From: a bacterium
Lineage (GTDB): Bacteria; SAR324; NAC60-12
DNA: 64,000 nt
Assembly: GCA_965209155.1 (NCBI GenBank)
Contig: OZ242383.1
Location: 512,001 to 576,000 of the forward strand
Reading direction: 5' to 3'
Numbering within the stretch: the first letter of the stretch is position 1; every line of letters begins with the position of its first letter. A program made the position numbers and the translations under genes. Of this stretch, positions 8,677-19,797 are shown in pieces. The notes under the pieces are model-generated. The model saw only the letters and a program-made list of their open reading frames with translations. It did not search any database and was not told the DNA's origin.

Positions 8677-11600
8677 ATGAAAATGCCTAAACGCACAGAC
8701 ATCCAATCGATACTGATTATCGGATCAGGCCCCATCGTGATAGGGCAAGCGTGCGAATTCGATTACAGTGGCACGCAGGCCTGTAAGGCATTGAAGGAAG
8801 AGGGGTATCGTGTGATTTTGATCAACAGCAACCCCGCCACCATCATGACGGATCCGAACCTGGTCGATGCGACCTATATCGAACCCATCACCGTCGACGC
8901 CCTCGAATTTATAATTCGGAAAGAACAACCCGATGCGATTCTCCCTACAATGGGAGGGCAAACCGCTTTGAATATGGCCATGGCGCTCCACCAAGCCGGT
9001 ATCCTGAAAAAATACCGGGTTGAATTGATAGGCGCCAAGGTGGAAGCAATCCACAAAGCCGAAAACCGGGAAGCCTTTCGACGAACCATGAATAAATTGA
9101 AGATCCGCATGCCCGCGAGCAGGACGGTCCATTCCTTGGAAGAAGCCAGGCAAATCGAAGAGGAATTGGGGCTGCCTCTCATCATTCGTCCCTCTTTCAC
9201 TTTAGGAGGCACCGGAAGTGGAATTGCGGAAAATCATCGATCTTTGGAAAAAATCGTATCGGATGGTCTTTCTGTCTCTCCGACTCACGAAGTGGTGGTG
9301 GAGGAATCCATTTTGGGCTGGAAAGAGTATGAGTTGGAGGTCATGCGGGATACCAAGGACAACGTTGTCATTATCTGCTCCATCGAGAATTTTGATCCCA
9401 TGGGCGTGCATACGGGAGACAGTATTACGGTGGCCCCTGCGCAAACACTGACCGATGCGGAGTACCAGCGCATGCGAGATCTCGCCCTGGAGGTGATTCG
9501 AGAAATTGGAGTAGATACCGGCGGTTCCAACATTCAGTTTGCCGTCAATCCCGAAAATGGAGAAATCATCATTATCGAAATGAATCCCCGAGTTTCCAGG
9601 AGCTCGGCACTGGCTTCCAAAGCGACCGGTTTTGCCATTGCCAAAATCGCTGCAAAATTAGCTGTGGGTTACGCGCTGGATGAAATACCCAATGAAATAA
9701 CAAAAAAAACGCCTGCTTCCTTCGAACCCACCATCGATTACGTGGTGACCAAGATCCCCCGTTTCGCATTTGAAAAATTTCCCCTGAGCGATTCCAGCCT
9801 GACGACGCAGATGAAATCCGTAGGCGAAGTCATGGCAATTGGAAGGACATTCAAAGAATCGTTTCAGAAGGCGCTGCGCTCCCTGGAAACCGGATCCGCA
9901 GGAATGGAGCCCCGGGATTATAAAGACCTCTCCGTTGAAGAAATCGAAACCCTGCTCGAGCAGCGCTTGAGTTGTCCCACCAGTGAACGGATCTGGTACC
10001 TGGCCGATGCCATCCGGCGGGGATGGAGCGATGAAAAATTGTTCGCCTTTTCCAAAATCGACCCCTGGTTCCTGGGCCAGGTTCGCACGCTGGTCGACCA
10101 GGAACAGTTGATAGCCCCCCTCAACCTGGACGACATCCAACGCCCTCAACTGCTCAAGTGGAAGGAGATGGGATTTTCCGATTTGCGCATCGCCAACCTG
10201 CTCGGTTGTTCAGAATCCCAACTTTCAGACAAACGGAAAGCCTGGAACATCATTCCCGTCTTCAAGCTCGTTGATACCTGTGCCGCCGAATTTCCTTCCG
10301 AGACCCCCTATTTTTATTCCACTTATGAGGAAGAGAACGAATCGATTCCTTCTCTACAAAAAAAAATCATCATCCTGGGCAGTGGCCCCAATCGCATCGG
10401 GCAGGGAATCGAATTCGACTATTGCTGCGTACACGCCGCATTGGCTGCTCGAGAAAAAGGATATGAAGCCATCATGGTCAACTGCAATCCGGAAACGGTC
10501 AGTACCGACTATGACACCTCCGATCGCCTCTATTTTGAACCGATCACTTTCGAGGACGTCATGCACATCGTCGAATTGGAAAAGCCGGTTGGAGTGATTG
10601 TACAGCTTGGCGGTCAAACCCCCTTGAAACTGGCGAAGCAATTGAACGATGCGGGCGTGCCTTTATTGGGGACGTCCTTTGAAAGCATCGACCGTGCGGA
10701 AGATCGCCAGTTGTTCACCGAACTGCTCGACCAGTTGAATTTACAGCAACCTCCCAACGGCACTGCCTTTTCATTGCAGGAAGCCTATCAAATAGGGCGA
10801 AAGATCGGTTATCCGATCCTGGTACGCCCTTCCTACGTCTTGGGTGGACGGGCTATGATGATTGTTGATACGGAGGAGGAATTGGCGGATTATTTTCATG
10901 AAGCCGTCAGGGTTTCTCCGCAACATCCCGTATTGATCGACAAATTTCTGCTCGATGCCACTGAAATCGACGTCGACTTTCTGGCAGACGGGCATCGCGT
11001 AGAATTGGGTGGAATCATGGAACATATCGAGCGGGCGGGGATTCATTCAGGCGATAGCGCTTGTTGCTTACCTCCCCATTCGTTGTCTCCTGCCATTGTA
11101 AAGAAAATAGAACGACAAGGGCAGGCCATTGGAAGGGAATTGAACATAGTGGGATTGATGAATATTCAATTTGCCGTCAAAGACGATGAAGTGTTCGTGA
11201 TTGAAGTCAATCCCCGCGCTTCGCGCACCGTCCCTTTCGTCAGTAAAGCCATCGGGCTTCCCCTGGCCAAATATGCCACGTACCTGGTGCTCGGCGAAAC
11301 GTTTGAAAGCTTTGATTTTTCCTACAAACTCCCAACCACTTTCGCAGTGAAAGAAACCGTCTTCCCTTTTGTCAAATTTGCAGGGGCGGACACGGAACTG
11401 GGGCCTGAAATGAAATCAACCGGTGAAGTGATGGGTTGGGGCAACACTTTTGAAGAAGCTTATTTCAAAGCGCAACTTGCGGTCTTTCAAGATATTCCTC
11501 AAACCGGCTATGCTTTCATCGGAGTTTTGGACAAGGACAAACCGGCCATGATTCCACTGGCGAAAGATTTGACAACCCTGGGATTTTCTATCTTAGCTAC

Positions 11601-11916
11601 TCCCGGAACCCTGAAAGTCCTTCGAGAGGGCGGTGTCCCCGGTGTTCGAGTGGTTTACATGGAAATGGAACGAGAGCAGAATGTCTACGAATACATGTAT
11701 CGTAACGAATTGGCATTGGTGATCAATACGACTCACCCTCGCAAACGATTTGTAGACCCTACGCATTTACGACGAATGATTTTGCTCTACAACGTGCCAT
11801 ATTTTACAACCGTTGAAGGAGCATCGTATTTCGTACGGTCCATGAAAACCCGCTACCAGCAGAACCTCACCTACCGTGCCCTGCAGTCTGCGCCATCCAC
11901 CAATACGGTCCTTTAA
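8677..11916 (+). CDS. carB: Carbamoyl-phosphate synthase large subunit
   Basis: [32 protein letters not shown]; duplicated ATP-grasp domains; C-terminal MGS-like domain. Confidence 0.98.
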   Translation: MKMPKRTDIQSILIIGSGPIVIGQACEFDYSGTQACKALKEEGYRVILINSNPATIMTDPNLVDATYIEPITVDALEFIIRKEQPDAILPTMGGQTALNMAMALHQAGILKKYRVELIGAKVEAIHKAENREAFRRTMNKLKIRMPASRTVHSLEEARQIEEELGLPLIIRPSFTLGGTGSGIAENHRSLEKIVSDGLSVSPTHEVVVEESILGWKEYELEVMRDTKDNVVIICSIENFDPMGVHTGDSITVAPAQTLTDAEYQRMRDLALEVIREIGVDTGGSNIQFAVNPENGEIIIIEMNPRVSRSSALASKATGFAIAKIAAKLAVGYALDEIPNEITKKTPASFEPTIDYVVTKIPRFAFEKFPLSDSSLTTQMKSVGEVMAIGRTFKESFQKALRSLETGSAGMEPRDYKDLSVEEIETLLEQRLSCPTSERIWYLADAIRRGWSDEKLFAFSKIDPWFLGQVRTLVDQEQLIAPLNLDDIQRPQLLKWKEMGFSDLRIANLLGCSESQLSDKRKAWNIIPVFKLVDTCAAEFPSETPYFYSTYEEENESIPSLQKKIIILGSGPNRIGQGIEFDYCCVHAALAAREKGYEAIMVNCNPETVSTDYDTSDRLYFEPITFEDVMHIVELEKPVGVIVQLGGQTPLKLAKQLNDAGVPLLGTSFESIDRAEDRQLFTELLDQLNLQQPPNGTAFSLQEAYQIGRKIGYPILVRPSYVLGGRAMMIVDTEEELADYFHEAVRVSPQHPVLIDKFLLDATEIDVDFLADGHRVELGGIMEHIERAGIHSGDSACCLPPHSLSPAIVKKIERQGQAIGRELNIVGLMNIQFAVKDDEVFVIEVNPRASRTVPFVSKAIGLPLAKYATYLVLGETFESFDFSYKLPTTFAVKETVFPFVKFAGADTELGPEMKSTGEVMGWGNTFEEAYFKAQLAVFQDIPQTGYAFIGVLDKDKPAMIPLAKDLTTLGFSILATPGTLKVLREGGVPGVRVVYMEMEREQNVYEYMYRNELALVINTTHPRKRFVDPTHLRRMILLYNVPYFTTVEGASYFVRSMKTRYQQNLTYRALQSAPSTNTVL

Positions 11917-11956
11917 ACCAGGACGATTGAACATAGAATACCTTAAGCATCTCCTT

Positions 11957-12403
11957 CTAAAACTTAACCCGTTCATAATACAGTTTATTACGATACAAAG
12001 CATCACGCCAACCCATCCTCAACTTCTCCTTCAATACTTCCCTGTTGCCAAAAACTTCATCATTGGTAATCCTGACTGAAGTGATCCCATACCTTAACAA
12101 TTTCAAAGCTCGCTCCTCATCCCGCTTTCTCTGAAATGACTCATAATGAACAGGACCATCCACTTCTATTACCAATCCTATTTCAGGAACAAAAAAATCG
12201 GCAATCCATTTACCCAAAACCACGCACTGAAAAGCAAAATAAAATTTATTACCACTAGCCAATTCCCCCAAAATACATTTAAATTTCTTCTCAGCGGACG
12301 TAGGATTACCACGAAGTTCACAAACAAACTTTCTCATATAATGTCCCCTTGGCCACTCCTCGACTAAAGGGAACCAATCCTTAATGGATACACGCATAAT
12401 CAC
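11957..12403 (-). CDS. DUF559 / Vsr-like endonuclease
   Basis: LR..PT.AE, Q.V.G.WIADF, LVIEVDGPVH, RDEER...L...G....R.TN.EV. Confidence 0.85.
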   Translation of the reverse strand: MIMRVSIKDWFPLVEEWPRGHYMRKFVCELRGNPTSAEKKFKCILGELASGNKFYFAFQCVVLGKWIADFFVPEIGLVIEVDGPVHYESFQRKRDEERALKLLRYGITSVRITNDEVFGNREVLKEKLRMGWRDALYRNKLYYERVKF

Positions 12404-12473
12404 TGAAGATGTGAGTTATATTCAAATGAAGATGTCTTGGAATCAGTTGAATTGTGAAGCACGACCTCATTCC

Positions 12474-13214
12474 TCATCTCGACGCTTCGAAAGCGACGAT
12501 AGGCGGATTGTTCATGAATTCATTCCAGAAAGAATTGCCCCTCTGGGAAGGGTGCAGCGACAAGTTAACCCACCGAAATCCACGAAATCCCGTCTTTTGG
12601 AACGCGTCCTCGTAAGTTTCCGGTGTGAGATAATAGTTGTTGAACTCGAACTCCCGTCCGTCGGCATTGGTCACGATGTAACGGATGGTGTCTCCCTCGG
12701 CAGGCGAATCCGGGCACAAGCGCTCCAATCCATATTTCTTCAACGAAGCGCCTCCGGACTGAAGATTCCGCACGTTGTCGTTGACACCGGCGAACCGCCC
12801 TCCCGGTCGCAGCGCGTCACGGCAGACTTGGCAAAATCGGCGAAGCTGCTCTCCGCTTCTGGCGTAGTTCAGCAGGTACATCGCCACCACGAGGTCGACC
12901 GGTCCGGAAGGTTTGAAAGCCGCAACATCCGCCTGCGCATACTTGCAGCCGAGCGGATGCCGCCTCTCCTCGTCTTCGGCGAGTCGAATCATCGCCCCGG
13001 AGATGTCGACGCCCGTGACCTCCGATGCACCGGCCCGCTTGAGCAAGCGCGTATACATACCCTCGCCGCAAGCGACGTCCAGCACCGTCTTCCCGCGTAT
13101 GTCTCCTATCAATTGGAACAGGGTGTGCCGTTCAACATGCTCACGGAACGGCAACTGCTTGGAATCCCGGTACTCTTTGGCGATTGCGTCGTATTCTTCC
13201 ATGTGACCTGCCAT
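12474..13214 (-). CDS. Class I SAM-dependent methyltransferase
   Basis: VLDVACGEG motif I, GVDIS..MI, YLLNYA; GC-rich; start placed at MAGHMEEY after AAGGGG. Confidence 0.88.
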   Translation of the reverse strand: MAGHMEEYDAIAKEYRDSKQLPFREHVERHTLFQLIGDIRGKTVLDVACGEGMYTRLLKRAGASEVTGVDISGAMIRLAEDEERRHPLGCKYAQADVAAFKPSGPVDLVVAMYLLNYARSGEQLRRFCQVCRDALRPGGRFAGVNDNVRNLQSGGASLKKYGLERLCPDSPAEGDTIRYIVTNADGREFEFNNYYLTPETYEDAFQKTGFRGFRWVNLSLHPSQRGNSFWNEFMNNPPIVAFEASR

Positions 13215-13242
13215 GCCTGCCCCCTTATGAAGCGTTGCCAAT

Positions 13243-13884
13243 TCATTTCAAATCATTTTCCAAATGCTCATTCATAATATGCCAGCAAGCGTCAACATTA
13301 TTTAAAGAAGAATCAATAATGATTGCTTCATTCACATGAAGCAAATTCTTAAAACGATGAATCATCTCCTTGAGATATGTTTGATCCTCTGGATGCAATG
13401 TCTCATAGTCCCTTTGCTCGAGTCTTGAAATGCAGTCGTTATAGCTTACTTGAATAAAAAACTGTAAATCTGGTTTTAATATTTCCTTAAAAAGTAATTT
13501 GTGAACCTCCTTGGAGTGATGGAGGACAGAAGATAAGCCATATCGGTCACACAGAACCACTTTCCCTTGTTTCAAAGCGGGAATAATACGTAATTCCTGT
13601 TGTACTAAACGGTCACCTAAGGCCATAATATTTAATCCGAAGCCAAAGGTGCAGGTGCGTTCATGACCATAGCTTTCATCGTACCAGGCTTTCCAAAATG
13701 GGTATTCTCTCAGTTCCAGGGATGGTGATTTAATCATGACATATTCAAGTCCCTTCGATTCCAAAAGGTCTTTTATTTTTTCAATGTAAGTAGTTTTACC
13801 GGCCCCATCTACTCCTTCTACAGTAAATAATTTTCCCTTGTAATGATGAAGTCTATAGTTAAGTTTGATTGGATACCACGTCAT
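13243..13884 (-). CDS. Thymidylate (dTMP) kinase-like P-loop kinase
   Basis: VEGVDGAGKTT P-loop, DR..Q, VLCDRY..S, PDL.F; AT-rich. Confidence 0.82.
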   Translation of the reverse strand: MTWYPIKLNYRLHHYKGKLFTVEGVDGAGKTTYIEKIKDLLESKGLEYVMIKSPSLELREYPFWKAWYDESYGHERTCTFGFGLNIMALGDRLVQQELRIIPALKQGKVVLCDRYGLSSVLHHSKEVHKLLFKEILKPDLQFFIQVSYNDCISRLEQRDYETLHPEDQTYLKEMIHRFKNLLHVNEAIIIDSSLNNVDACWHIMNEHLENDLK

Positions 13885-13936
13885 AGTTTGGCCAATTTAT
13901 AAGAGACTGTTTGGATAAAAAATTGCATATTTACTA

Positions 13937-15632
13937 CCTAAATCCTGCAATTAGATGACAAACAAAAATGGAAATGGTAATATACTCAAATAGTTAACAT
14001 CAGAATAAACATTTTGAGGGATCACCATTTCCATGAAGAACAAAGGTAACACAAGATCGGCAAGAACGAAAGCAAAAAACATCCATATCCGCCAGGGAGG
14101 CAGAGATCTGACCGCTCAAGCAGGCTTGATTCCGGTTGTCAAATTTTTTCACAAACACGGGATTGTTTCGAAGACAGAGCAGACCATAGATCATCAACGT
14201 GGCGCCACGAGTCTTTATGACGCGGTGGACATGGTCATTTTGTCGGTGGTTGGCATTATTGGTGGCGCCCGTTCGATTCGTTCGATTGTAACAGTTTGGA
14301 ACGACCGTGTTTTGAGTCGTGTGGCCGGTTGGCTGAGGATTCCGGATGAAACCACATTCGGCCGCATACTGCGTACTTTCACACAGAAAAACATCCATGA
14401 GATGGAGAGCTTGAACCATCGGATTCGAGCCGGTATCTGGCGCAAAGCGCTTCGAAGTGGGACAAGCAACGTTGGGGGGTTGCGCCATCTTGTGATTGAC
14501 GTGGACTCCACTGTGAAAACGGCCTACGGCAAGCAGCAAGGAGTGTCTGTCGGATATAATCCCCACAAACGCGGGGCCGCTTCGTATCATCCTCTGCTGG
14601 CATTTTGCGCAGAGACCAAGGAGATTCTTCAGGGTTGGCTTCGTGACGGGAGTGCCTATACCAGCAATGGAGTCGTTGAATTCATGCGACAACTTCTTGC
14701 TCAGCTTCCGAATCGGACTCGTATTCTGTTTCGTGGAGACAGTGGTTTTTTTGTGGGGGATTTGCTGGATTTCCTCGACGAACGAGGCCATGGCTACCTG
14801 ATCAAGGTCAAACTCAAGGGGCTCGTGTCGTTATTGGAAACGCAAAAATGGCAAAAAGTGAAAGGGCAGCCCGCTTGGGAAGGGTGTGAGTTTTCCCACC
14901 AATGCGAAACTTGGGGCGCGTCAAGAAAATTCATGGCCGTACGCAGGGAGAAAGAGGAGGAACTCAAAGAAATGGACACCCTCTTTGAGATGAAGGAGTA
15001 CGATTATTTTTGTTATGTTCTCACCGATGCGCTCACTCCCTGGCAGGCTCACAAAGAGTATGGCCAGAGGGCCGCCGCTGAGACATGGATCGAGGAAGCA
15101 AAAAATCAAACCGCGCTGGCCCAGATTAAAACCGATGATTTTTGGGCCAACAGTGCCTTGTTCCAATGCGCGATACTCGCTTATAACATGCTGCGCTGGA
15201 TGGCCCTTTGTAGTGGTAACGCCATACTGCGCCGTTGGGAACCGGCCACCATGCGCACTTATCTTGTCCGAATGGCAGGAAAATGGACGAGTGGCGCTCG
15301 TCAACAAAAACTAAGAGTTCCGGAAAGAACACTTTACAATGCTCAATGGGATGCATGGGTCGCTGTTGGAGAGACCTAGCTCCTTTGTTTCACTACAGTG
15401 GTAACGTTTTGCTGAGATGTCGATCCCCAAATCCAGGGAGAAGTACGTCTTGAATCTTGTGCCCGCGAAAGCGGGTATCAGATCATCACAAAATATGACG
15501 ATCTAATGCAGGGCGGAAAAACCTTTATGAGCAAGGACTGATGGAAATTCAACTCTCAAATCCTTTTTTTTAAAAAAATCTGTCAAAGAGTGGGGGGAAA
15601 CTCAATCAAAATATGCAATTGCAGGATTTAGG
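13937..15632 (+). mobile_element. Complete IS1380-family element
   Basis: 16-bp perfect TIRs CCTAAATCCTGCAATT / AATTGCAGGATTTAGG; 5-bp direct repeat TACTA at 13932-13936 and 15633-15637. Confidence 0.93.
14033..15379 (+). CDS. IS1380-family DDE transposase
   Basis: 448 aa; LT..AGL, IDVDST, YHPLLAF, RGDSGF, Y.QR...E.WIEEAKN. Confidence 0.93.
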   Translation: MKNKGNTRSARTKAKNIHIRQGGRDLTAQAGLIPVVKFFHKHGIVSKTEQTIDHQRGATSLYDAVDMVILSVVGIIGGARSIRSIVTVWNDRVLSRVAGWLRIPDETTFGRILRTFTQKNIHEMESLNHRIRAGIWRKALRSGTSNVGGLRHLVIDVDSTVKTAYGKQQGVSVGYNPHKRGAASYHPLLAFCAETKEILQGWLRDGSAYTSNGVVEFMRQLLAQLPNRTRILFRGDSGFFVGDLLDFLDERGHGYLIKVKLKGLVSLLETQKWQKVKGQPAWEGCEFSHQCETWGASRKFMAVRREKEEELKEMDTLFEMKEYDYFCYVLTDALTPWQAHKEYGQRAAAETWIEEAKNQTALAQIKTDDFWANSALFQCAILAYNMLRWMALCSGNAILRRWEPATMRTYLVRMAGKWTSGARQQKLRVPERTLYNAQWDAWVAVGET

Positions 15633-15664
15633 TACTATATTTCCATTTTTTTAAAAGGAGATAG

Positions 15665-16080
15665 ATGTATCCAAGCAATTTAAGCGATCAAGAATGGTCT
15701 GAGATTGAACATTTTTTTAGACGTTCTGACCCCCGAGGGGCCAAGAGTATTCATAGCAAACATACCATCTTCAATGCGGTTTTATATGTCGTGAAATCGG
15801 GTTGTCAGTGGAGAATGCTTCCCCATGATTTTCCTCCCTGGCAAAGCGTTTATGATCATTATCGCCGCTGGAATCAAAGAGGGATTTGGCAAAAGGTTTT
15901 GGATTACCTCAATGCCCGCACTCGTGTGAAACAGGGCAAGAAGCCTTTTCCCAGTTACGCCATCGTCGATTCTCAAAGTGTGAAAACCCAATATGCTTCC
16001 AAAGAGCGGGGCATCGATGGGGGAAAAAAAAATCAAAGGACATAAACGCCATATCAGTGTGGATACTTTGGGCAACCTTC
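15665..16080 (+). pseudogene. IS5-family transposase, frameshifted at an A9 run and truncated
   Basis: YPS.LSD.EW, GCQWRMLPHDFPPWQSVY, IVDSQSVK, DGGKK/IKGHKRHISVDTLG; homology ends abruptly. Confidence 0.85.
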
Positions 16081-16199
16081 AATCCAAGCTTAAAAATGTG
16101 TGCTACTATCACATCCACGAAAATGATCAACTCGACGAAGAGTTATTAACGAGTTGGATTCGGCAGGCATCGGAGTTGCCTGGAGATTTCATGTTTTGA
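16081..16199 (+). pseudogene. C-terminal fragment of a DUF1801-like protein fused to the IS5 remnant
   Basis: SK.KNV.Y.HIHENDQLDEELLTSWIRQASELPG resembles DUF1801 C-termini. Confidence 0.5.
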
Positions 16200-16344
16200 G
16201 TAAGCTCGACCGATACACCAGGTGAATTAGAGCAGACCGGCATGGAGTTTTTACCCGCTGAATATATTTTTCATTTTTTGAGTATTTGCCAAGATAGATT
16301 GAATCTAAGGAGATGGCAAAGGAGAAAGGTCGATTAAATTGAAT

Positions 16345-16545
16345 CCCGTTAATTTTTTCAAGCAAAACTAAACCATGAGACCGATTCTCGGGATCTTTTG
16401 GAAGCACTCGAAAATAAGGAACCTATCGTCGTCATAGATACTCGGTCTCCAGAGGCTTTTTAAACTTAAACGCATACCGACATAAATAAATATACCACAT
16501 AGATTAATGTCTGAAGCAACTACAAGTGGGGTTGACATTACATAA
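16345..16545 (+). pseudogene. Rhodanese-like protein remnant
   Basis: QAKLNHETDSRDLLEALENKEPIVVIDTRSPEAF* ... INIPHR.MSE, with stops and frameshifts. Confidence 0.55.
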
Positions 16546-16676
16546 GCAATATGGCTAAAATCATGTCTTCACTAAGTTGTTTTTGTGAAAGAAAGGGTTC
16601 CCGATCGATTGAACAAAATCGTAGAAGGAGGTGAAGAAGATGGATCCTTCCCGGGAATTATTTTCAACTTTAACTA

Positions 16677-16895
16677 ACCTGAGTTCGAGATTAGAATTTA
16701 ATAAATTCAATATGTTATGGAATTTTCATATCTTATGAGAAACCGTGTCATTCCTGCGAAGCTTGTCCCTGCGAAGGCAGGGAGCAGGAATCCAGAGGTA
16801 GGCAGCCTGACTGAAATCTGGATTCCGGGTCTTCGCACGGAATGACATCTACACCAGGATACTCATATTATTGAAGATTTATGTCGAACTCAGGT
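16677..16895 (+). mobile_element. MITE-like element (TIR ACCTGAGTTCGA) carrying GTCATTCC...GGAATCCAG REP-like hairpins, copy 1
   Basis: TIRs at 16677-16688 and 16884-16895; arms near-identical to copies at 24055 and 43156. Confidence 0.85.
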
Positions 16896-16960
16896 CAACT
16901 AACCAATCGGGTTCTAAACAGACCTGAATAGTTACGAGAGACATCAAAAAAGCGATCAAT

Positions 16961-17485
16961 ATGAATATTTTATTTTCAATGACAGCAACAGTGTTGATTT
17001 GCGCGCTTACGCTGGCCGCTCAGGCCGAAGAGGCGAACGTTCAGACGCCTACACCCGTCATCCATTTGAAAGACAACTTGGGAGAGGCAGATGGGCTTGG
17101 CTGGTGCATCGACACGGTTGGGCGTGGATATGCAGAGACTTTACATGCGCATTCCTGCAAGCCAAAAGGCGGTGATGTTCAGTTTGCCTTTGTTCCCGAA
17201 ACAGGCGCAATTCAATCGGTGGCTTTTTCGGAAAAATGTGTCGTTGTTCTCCCTGAGAGTGCCAGCACCGATTTTGGACTGACAGATTGCGATAACGGCG
17301 ACCCAGCGCAGCGATTTTCCTTCGACCCGGTAACTGGTGTGATTGCACCGGTCGGTGCGATGGGGCAGTGTATGGCGGTCGGTGAACGCAGTCGTTCGGC
17401 GGGGCCTTTCATGTCTCGTGACCTCGTCCTTGGTGCCTGTGACACCATTGAACCGACTCATCGAACATGGGTCGTCCGCGAATAA
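16961..17485 (+). CDS. Secreted ricin-B/beta-trefoil lectin-like protein
   Basis: Signal peptide (ALTLAAQA); repeated C..../C....Q.F/W units (WCID, HSCK...VQF, DCD....QRF, QCMA, ACD....TW). Confidence 0.7.
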   Translation: MNILFSMTATVLICALTLAAQAEEANVQTPTPVIHLKDNLGEADGLGWCIDTVGRGYAETLHAHSCKPKGGDVQFAFVPETGAIQSVAFSEKCVVVLPESASTDFGLTDCDNGDPAQRFSFDPVTGVIAPVGAMGQCMAVGERSRSAGPFMSRDLVLGACDTIEPTHRTWVVRE

Positions 17486-17680
17486 CCAGGGTACCCAATC
17501 AGAAGAAATCACTCCCACGAATTCACGGAAAGGAATCCGAAGCGAAATTCCGCATTTTTCTGGCCAAAACGTGCTTCTTGGCATTGTCAGCGCTGGCTTG
17601 GCCAGTGCCAATACGCCAGCCGTCGACGGGCACGATTTTGCTCCGGTTTTTGCAGGTAAGGATTCTACGGATTAAAATCT

Positions 17681-18583
17681 CTATACAAGTTTTTCGTTGA
17701 AAAAATCTATGGTACGCTGCCATGCTAATTCGGCCGCAGCTTTGTCATAGCGAGGGGTGGTGTCATTGTGGAATCCGTGTCTGACACCAGGATATACGTA
17801 AGCCGTGTATTCTTTGTTATTTTTTTTCAATGCAGATTCGTATGCAGGCCATCCTTGGTTGACTCGTTCGTCCAACTCGGCAAAGTGTAACAACAAGGGA
17901 GCTTGAATATCGACCACCTGCTCATCGGATGGTTGACTTCCATAAAAAGGTACGGAAGCAGCCAACTCAGGAATACGGACTGCCATCATGTTTGCGATAA
18001 ATCCGCCAAAGCAAAATCCGACAACCCCGATTTTGCCATTGCATTCCGGGTGTTCTTTCAATGTATGAAAAGCCGCAATAAAATCCTCCAACATTTCATT
18101 TCTATCGCGTTTTCGTTGAAGACTTCGACCTTCATCATCCGTTCCAGGATAACCCCCAAAAGGAGTGAGAGCATCAGGAGCGAGGGCAATAAAATTGGCA
18201 ATTCCAACTCTCCTTGCTACGTCTTCCACATAGGGATTCAATCCTCTGTTTTCATGAACCACGACGACACCAGGCAACTGTTTTGCGTTATTGGCATTAC
18301 GGGAAAGTAATCCTCGCATGATTCCAGCACCTTGGGGGGAGTCGTATTCAATGAATTCAGAGCTTAATCGTGGATCGTCTTTTTTAATTTGCGCAGTCTC
18401 TGCATAGCGGGGGGCGAGGAATTCAAATATAGCAGCTGCTGTGAGACCCGCAACTGCATACTTGGAAAGCTTATCCATGAACTCCCGGCGACTGATGTCA
18501 CTGTGTACATACTGATCAAATAATTCAAAAACTCCCTCGTCGAGATCACTACATTTTAATTCTTCCATTTGCTTATCACTCAT
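17681..18583 (-). CDS. Dienelactone hydrolase family protein (YghX-like)
   Basis: SRREFM leader, VVVHENRGLNP, GFCFGG nucleophile, HGFHNDTTPRYD. Confidence 0.92.
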   Translation of the reverse strand: MSDKQMEELKCSDLDEGVFELFDQYVHSDISRREFMDKLSKYAVAGLTAAAIFEFLAPRYAETAQIKKDDPRLSSEFIEYDSPQGAGIMRGLLSRNANNAKQLPGVVVVHENRGLNPYVEDVARRVGIANFIALAPDALTPFGGYPGTDDEGRSLQRKRDRNEMLEDFIAAFHTLKEHPECNGKIGVVGFCFGGFIANMMAVRIPELAASVPFYGSQPSDEQVVDIQAPLLLHFAELDERVNQGWPAYESALKKNNKEYTAYVYPGVRHGFHNDTTPRYDKAAAELAWQRTIDFFNEKLV

Positions 18584-18781
18584 GTTTTCTCCTCTGGTTT
18601 GAAATCAATGATCATGAAAATTGGGAATTTACAGGAATACTCTTGTCATTACACTCCTTATCTACCATTAAATCAAGATTTTCATTCTCATTCATGCTCT
18701 CTTTAACGCCAGCTCCAGCCTTGGTTTCGGAGTCAGGCTTGAAAGATTGGAAAAATCGATTTTGGAAAGGGATGATTGATG

Positions 18782-18841
18782 ATAATAGATCAATTTGTTC
18801 ATCCATCGAGGAAACGAATCAATCCCCGAACCGCCAAGATT
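18782..18841. repeat. Dispersed ~60-bp repeat, copy 2
   Basis: Matches 8208-8268. Confidence 0.85.
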
Positions 18842-19084
18842 GCTTGGCCCCTTCAGTCTCCATTCTTTGCTTAAAATTCCAAACTTTCAGGCTTGACCCT
18901 TTTCATAGTTTATTAAAAAAGATAATCAAAATTTAAAAAAATTTTTTGAAGAGTCCGCTACCAAATAGCTGCCTGAGAGGAAAATTGATGGAGTGGAGTA
19001 TTTATATGTCATTGAAATGATTAATGGAAGTAGTCAAATTCGAGCTGATGAACAACTGCCTTGATGAAAATTTTTCCGGCTGCC

Positions 19085-19432
19085 CTATTTCCCTGATTCT
19101 CTGAAAGAATTCGTATCAAATATGAGGATTATTTTTTGAATTTTTTGTCCTGACATTTCAAAGACCTGGGTCATTGTTGTTGAAACACCTTTTTTGGAAA
19201 ATCGATAAATTAAACACACCCGAGCCTCTTTTTCGAATGAGTAAATAATTTCATATTTCATGTTGTTTGGTGGATCCTTCCTCAGAGAGTCGAGGTATCC
19301 GTCTGCAGAATCAAATTGATAAAATGGCCCTTCGAAAATGAAATCATTTGCCAATAAGGGACGCAATGCGTCTATGTTTCTTCCTGAGTAAAATATTTCC
19401 ATGTATCGCAATGCCAAATCCAATACCTCCAT
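19085..19432 (-). CDS. SnoaL/NTF2-like protein
   Basis: L..LLA.DF.FEGP......A..Y...L; KI..I...FD. Confidence 0.7.
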   Translation of the reverse strand: MEVLDLALRYMEIFYSGRNIDALRPLLANDFIFEGPFYQFDSADGYLDSLRKDPPNNMKYEIIYSFEKEARVCLIYRFSKKGVSTTMTQVFEMSGQKIQKIILIFDTNSFRESGK

Positions 19433-19452
19433 TTCAATGACTCCCAGGCTTT

Positions 19453-19797
19453 TTATTGCTCTAATAAAGGATTCACTCCCCTGACGTTGATTCCATGGTC
19501 GTAAACTAAATCTCCTCCAGTCATACCAGACATCATTAATCCGATCAGCCCTATCAAAACAAGGATGACATAGAAAGTGGAATTTCCCGCATCAGTCCCT
19601 CGTACACGAGAACGCCAGCGCCAGAGTGTCAGGGCGGCGAAAAAAATAGTAACCGCAAAACTCCACATTTGATGGATTTCAATGACATCATGTAAAACAG
19701 TTGATTCGTAGGAGAAATGAGAGATCACCCCTGTGACACTGGCAATGAGCGCCCCCAGCGTGCCAATCCATAATAAAAGCCAAGAGGAAAAATTCAT
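19453..19797 (-). CDS. DUF2231-like membrane protein, probably N-terminally truncated
   Basis: G..GA..A..TG...IEIH...G..GG.LVY.HGI; lacks the usual N-terminal HP..VHFP segment. Confidence 0.6.
   Translation of the reverse strand: MNFSSWLLLWIGTLGALIASVTGVISHFSYESTVLHDVIEIHQMWSFAVTIFFAALTLWRWRSRVRGTDAGNSTFYVILVLIGLIGLMMSGMTGGDLVYDHGINVRGVNPLLEQ

Larger units (their letters stand above)
13903..16080 (+). mobile_element. IS5-family element, interrupted by IS1380 and truncated on the right
   Basis: Left end GAGACTGTTTGGATAAA after TAA at 13903; transposase follows at 15665; no matching right IR seen. Confidence 0.65.

Noticed and set aside
12384..13277. 297-aa plus-strand ORF
   Set aside because: Antisense shadow of the GC-rich methyltransferase with no recognisable motifs; the same applies to the long shadow ORFs over SulP, the transposases and the ABC genes
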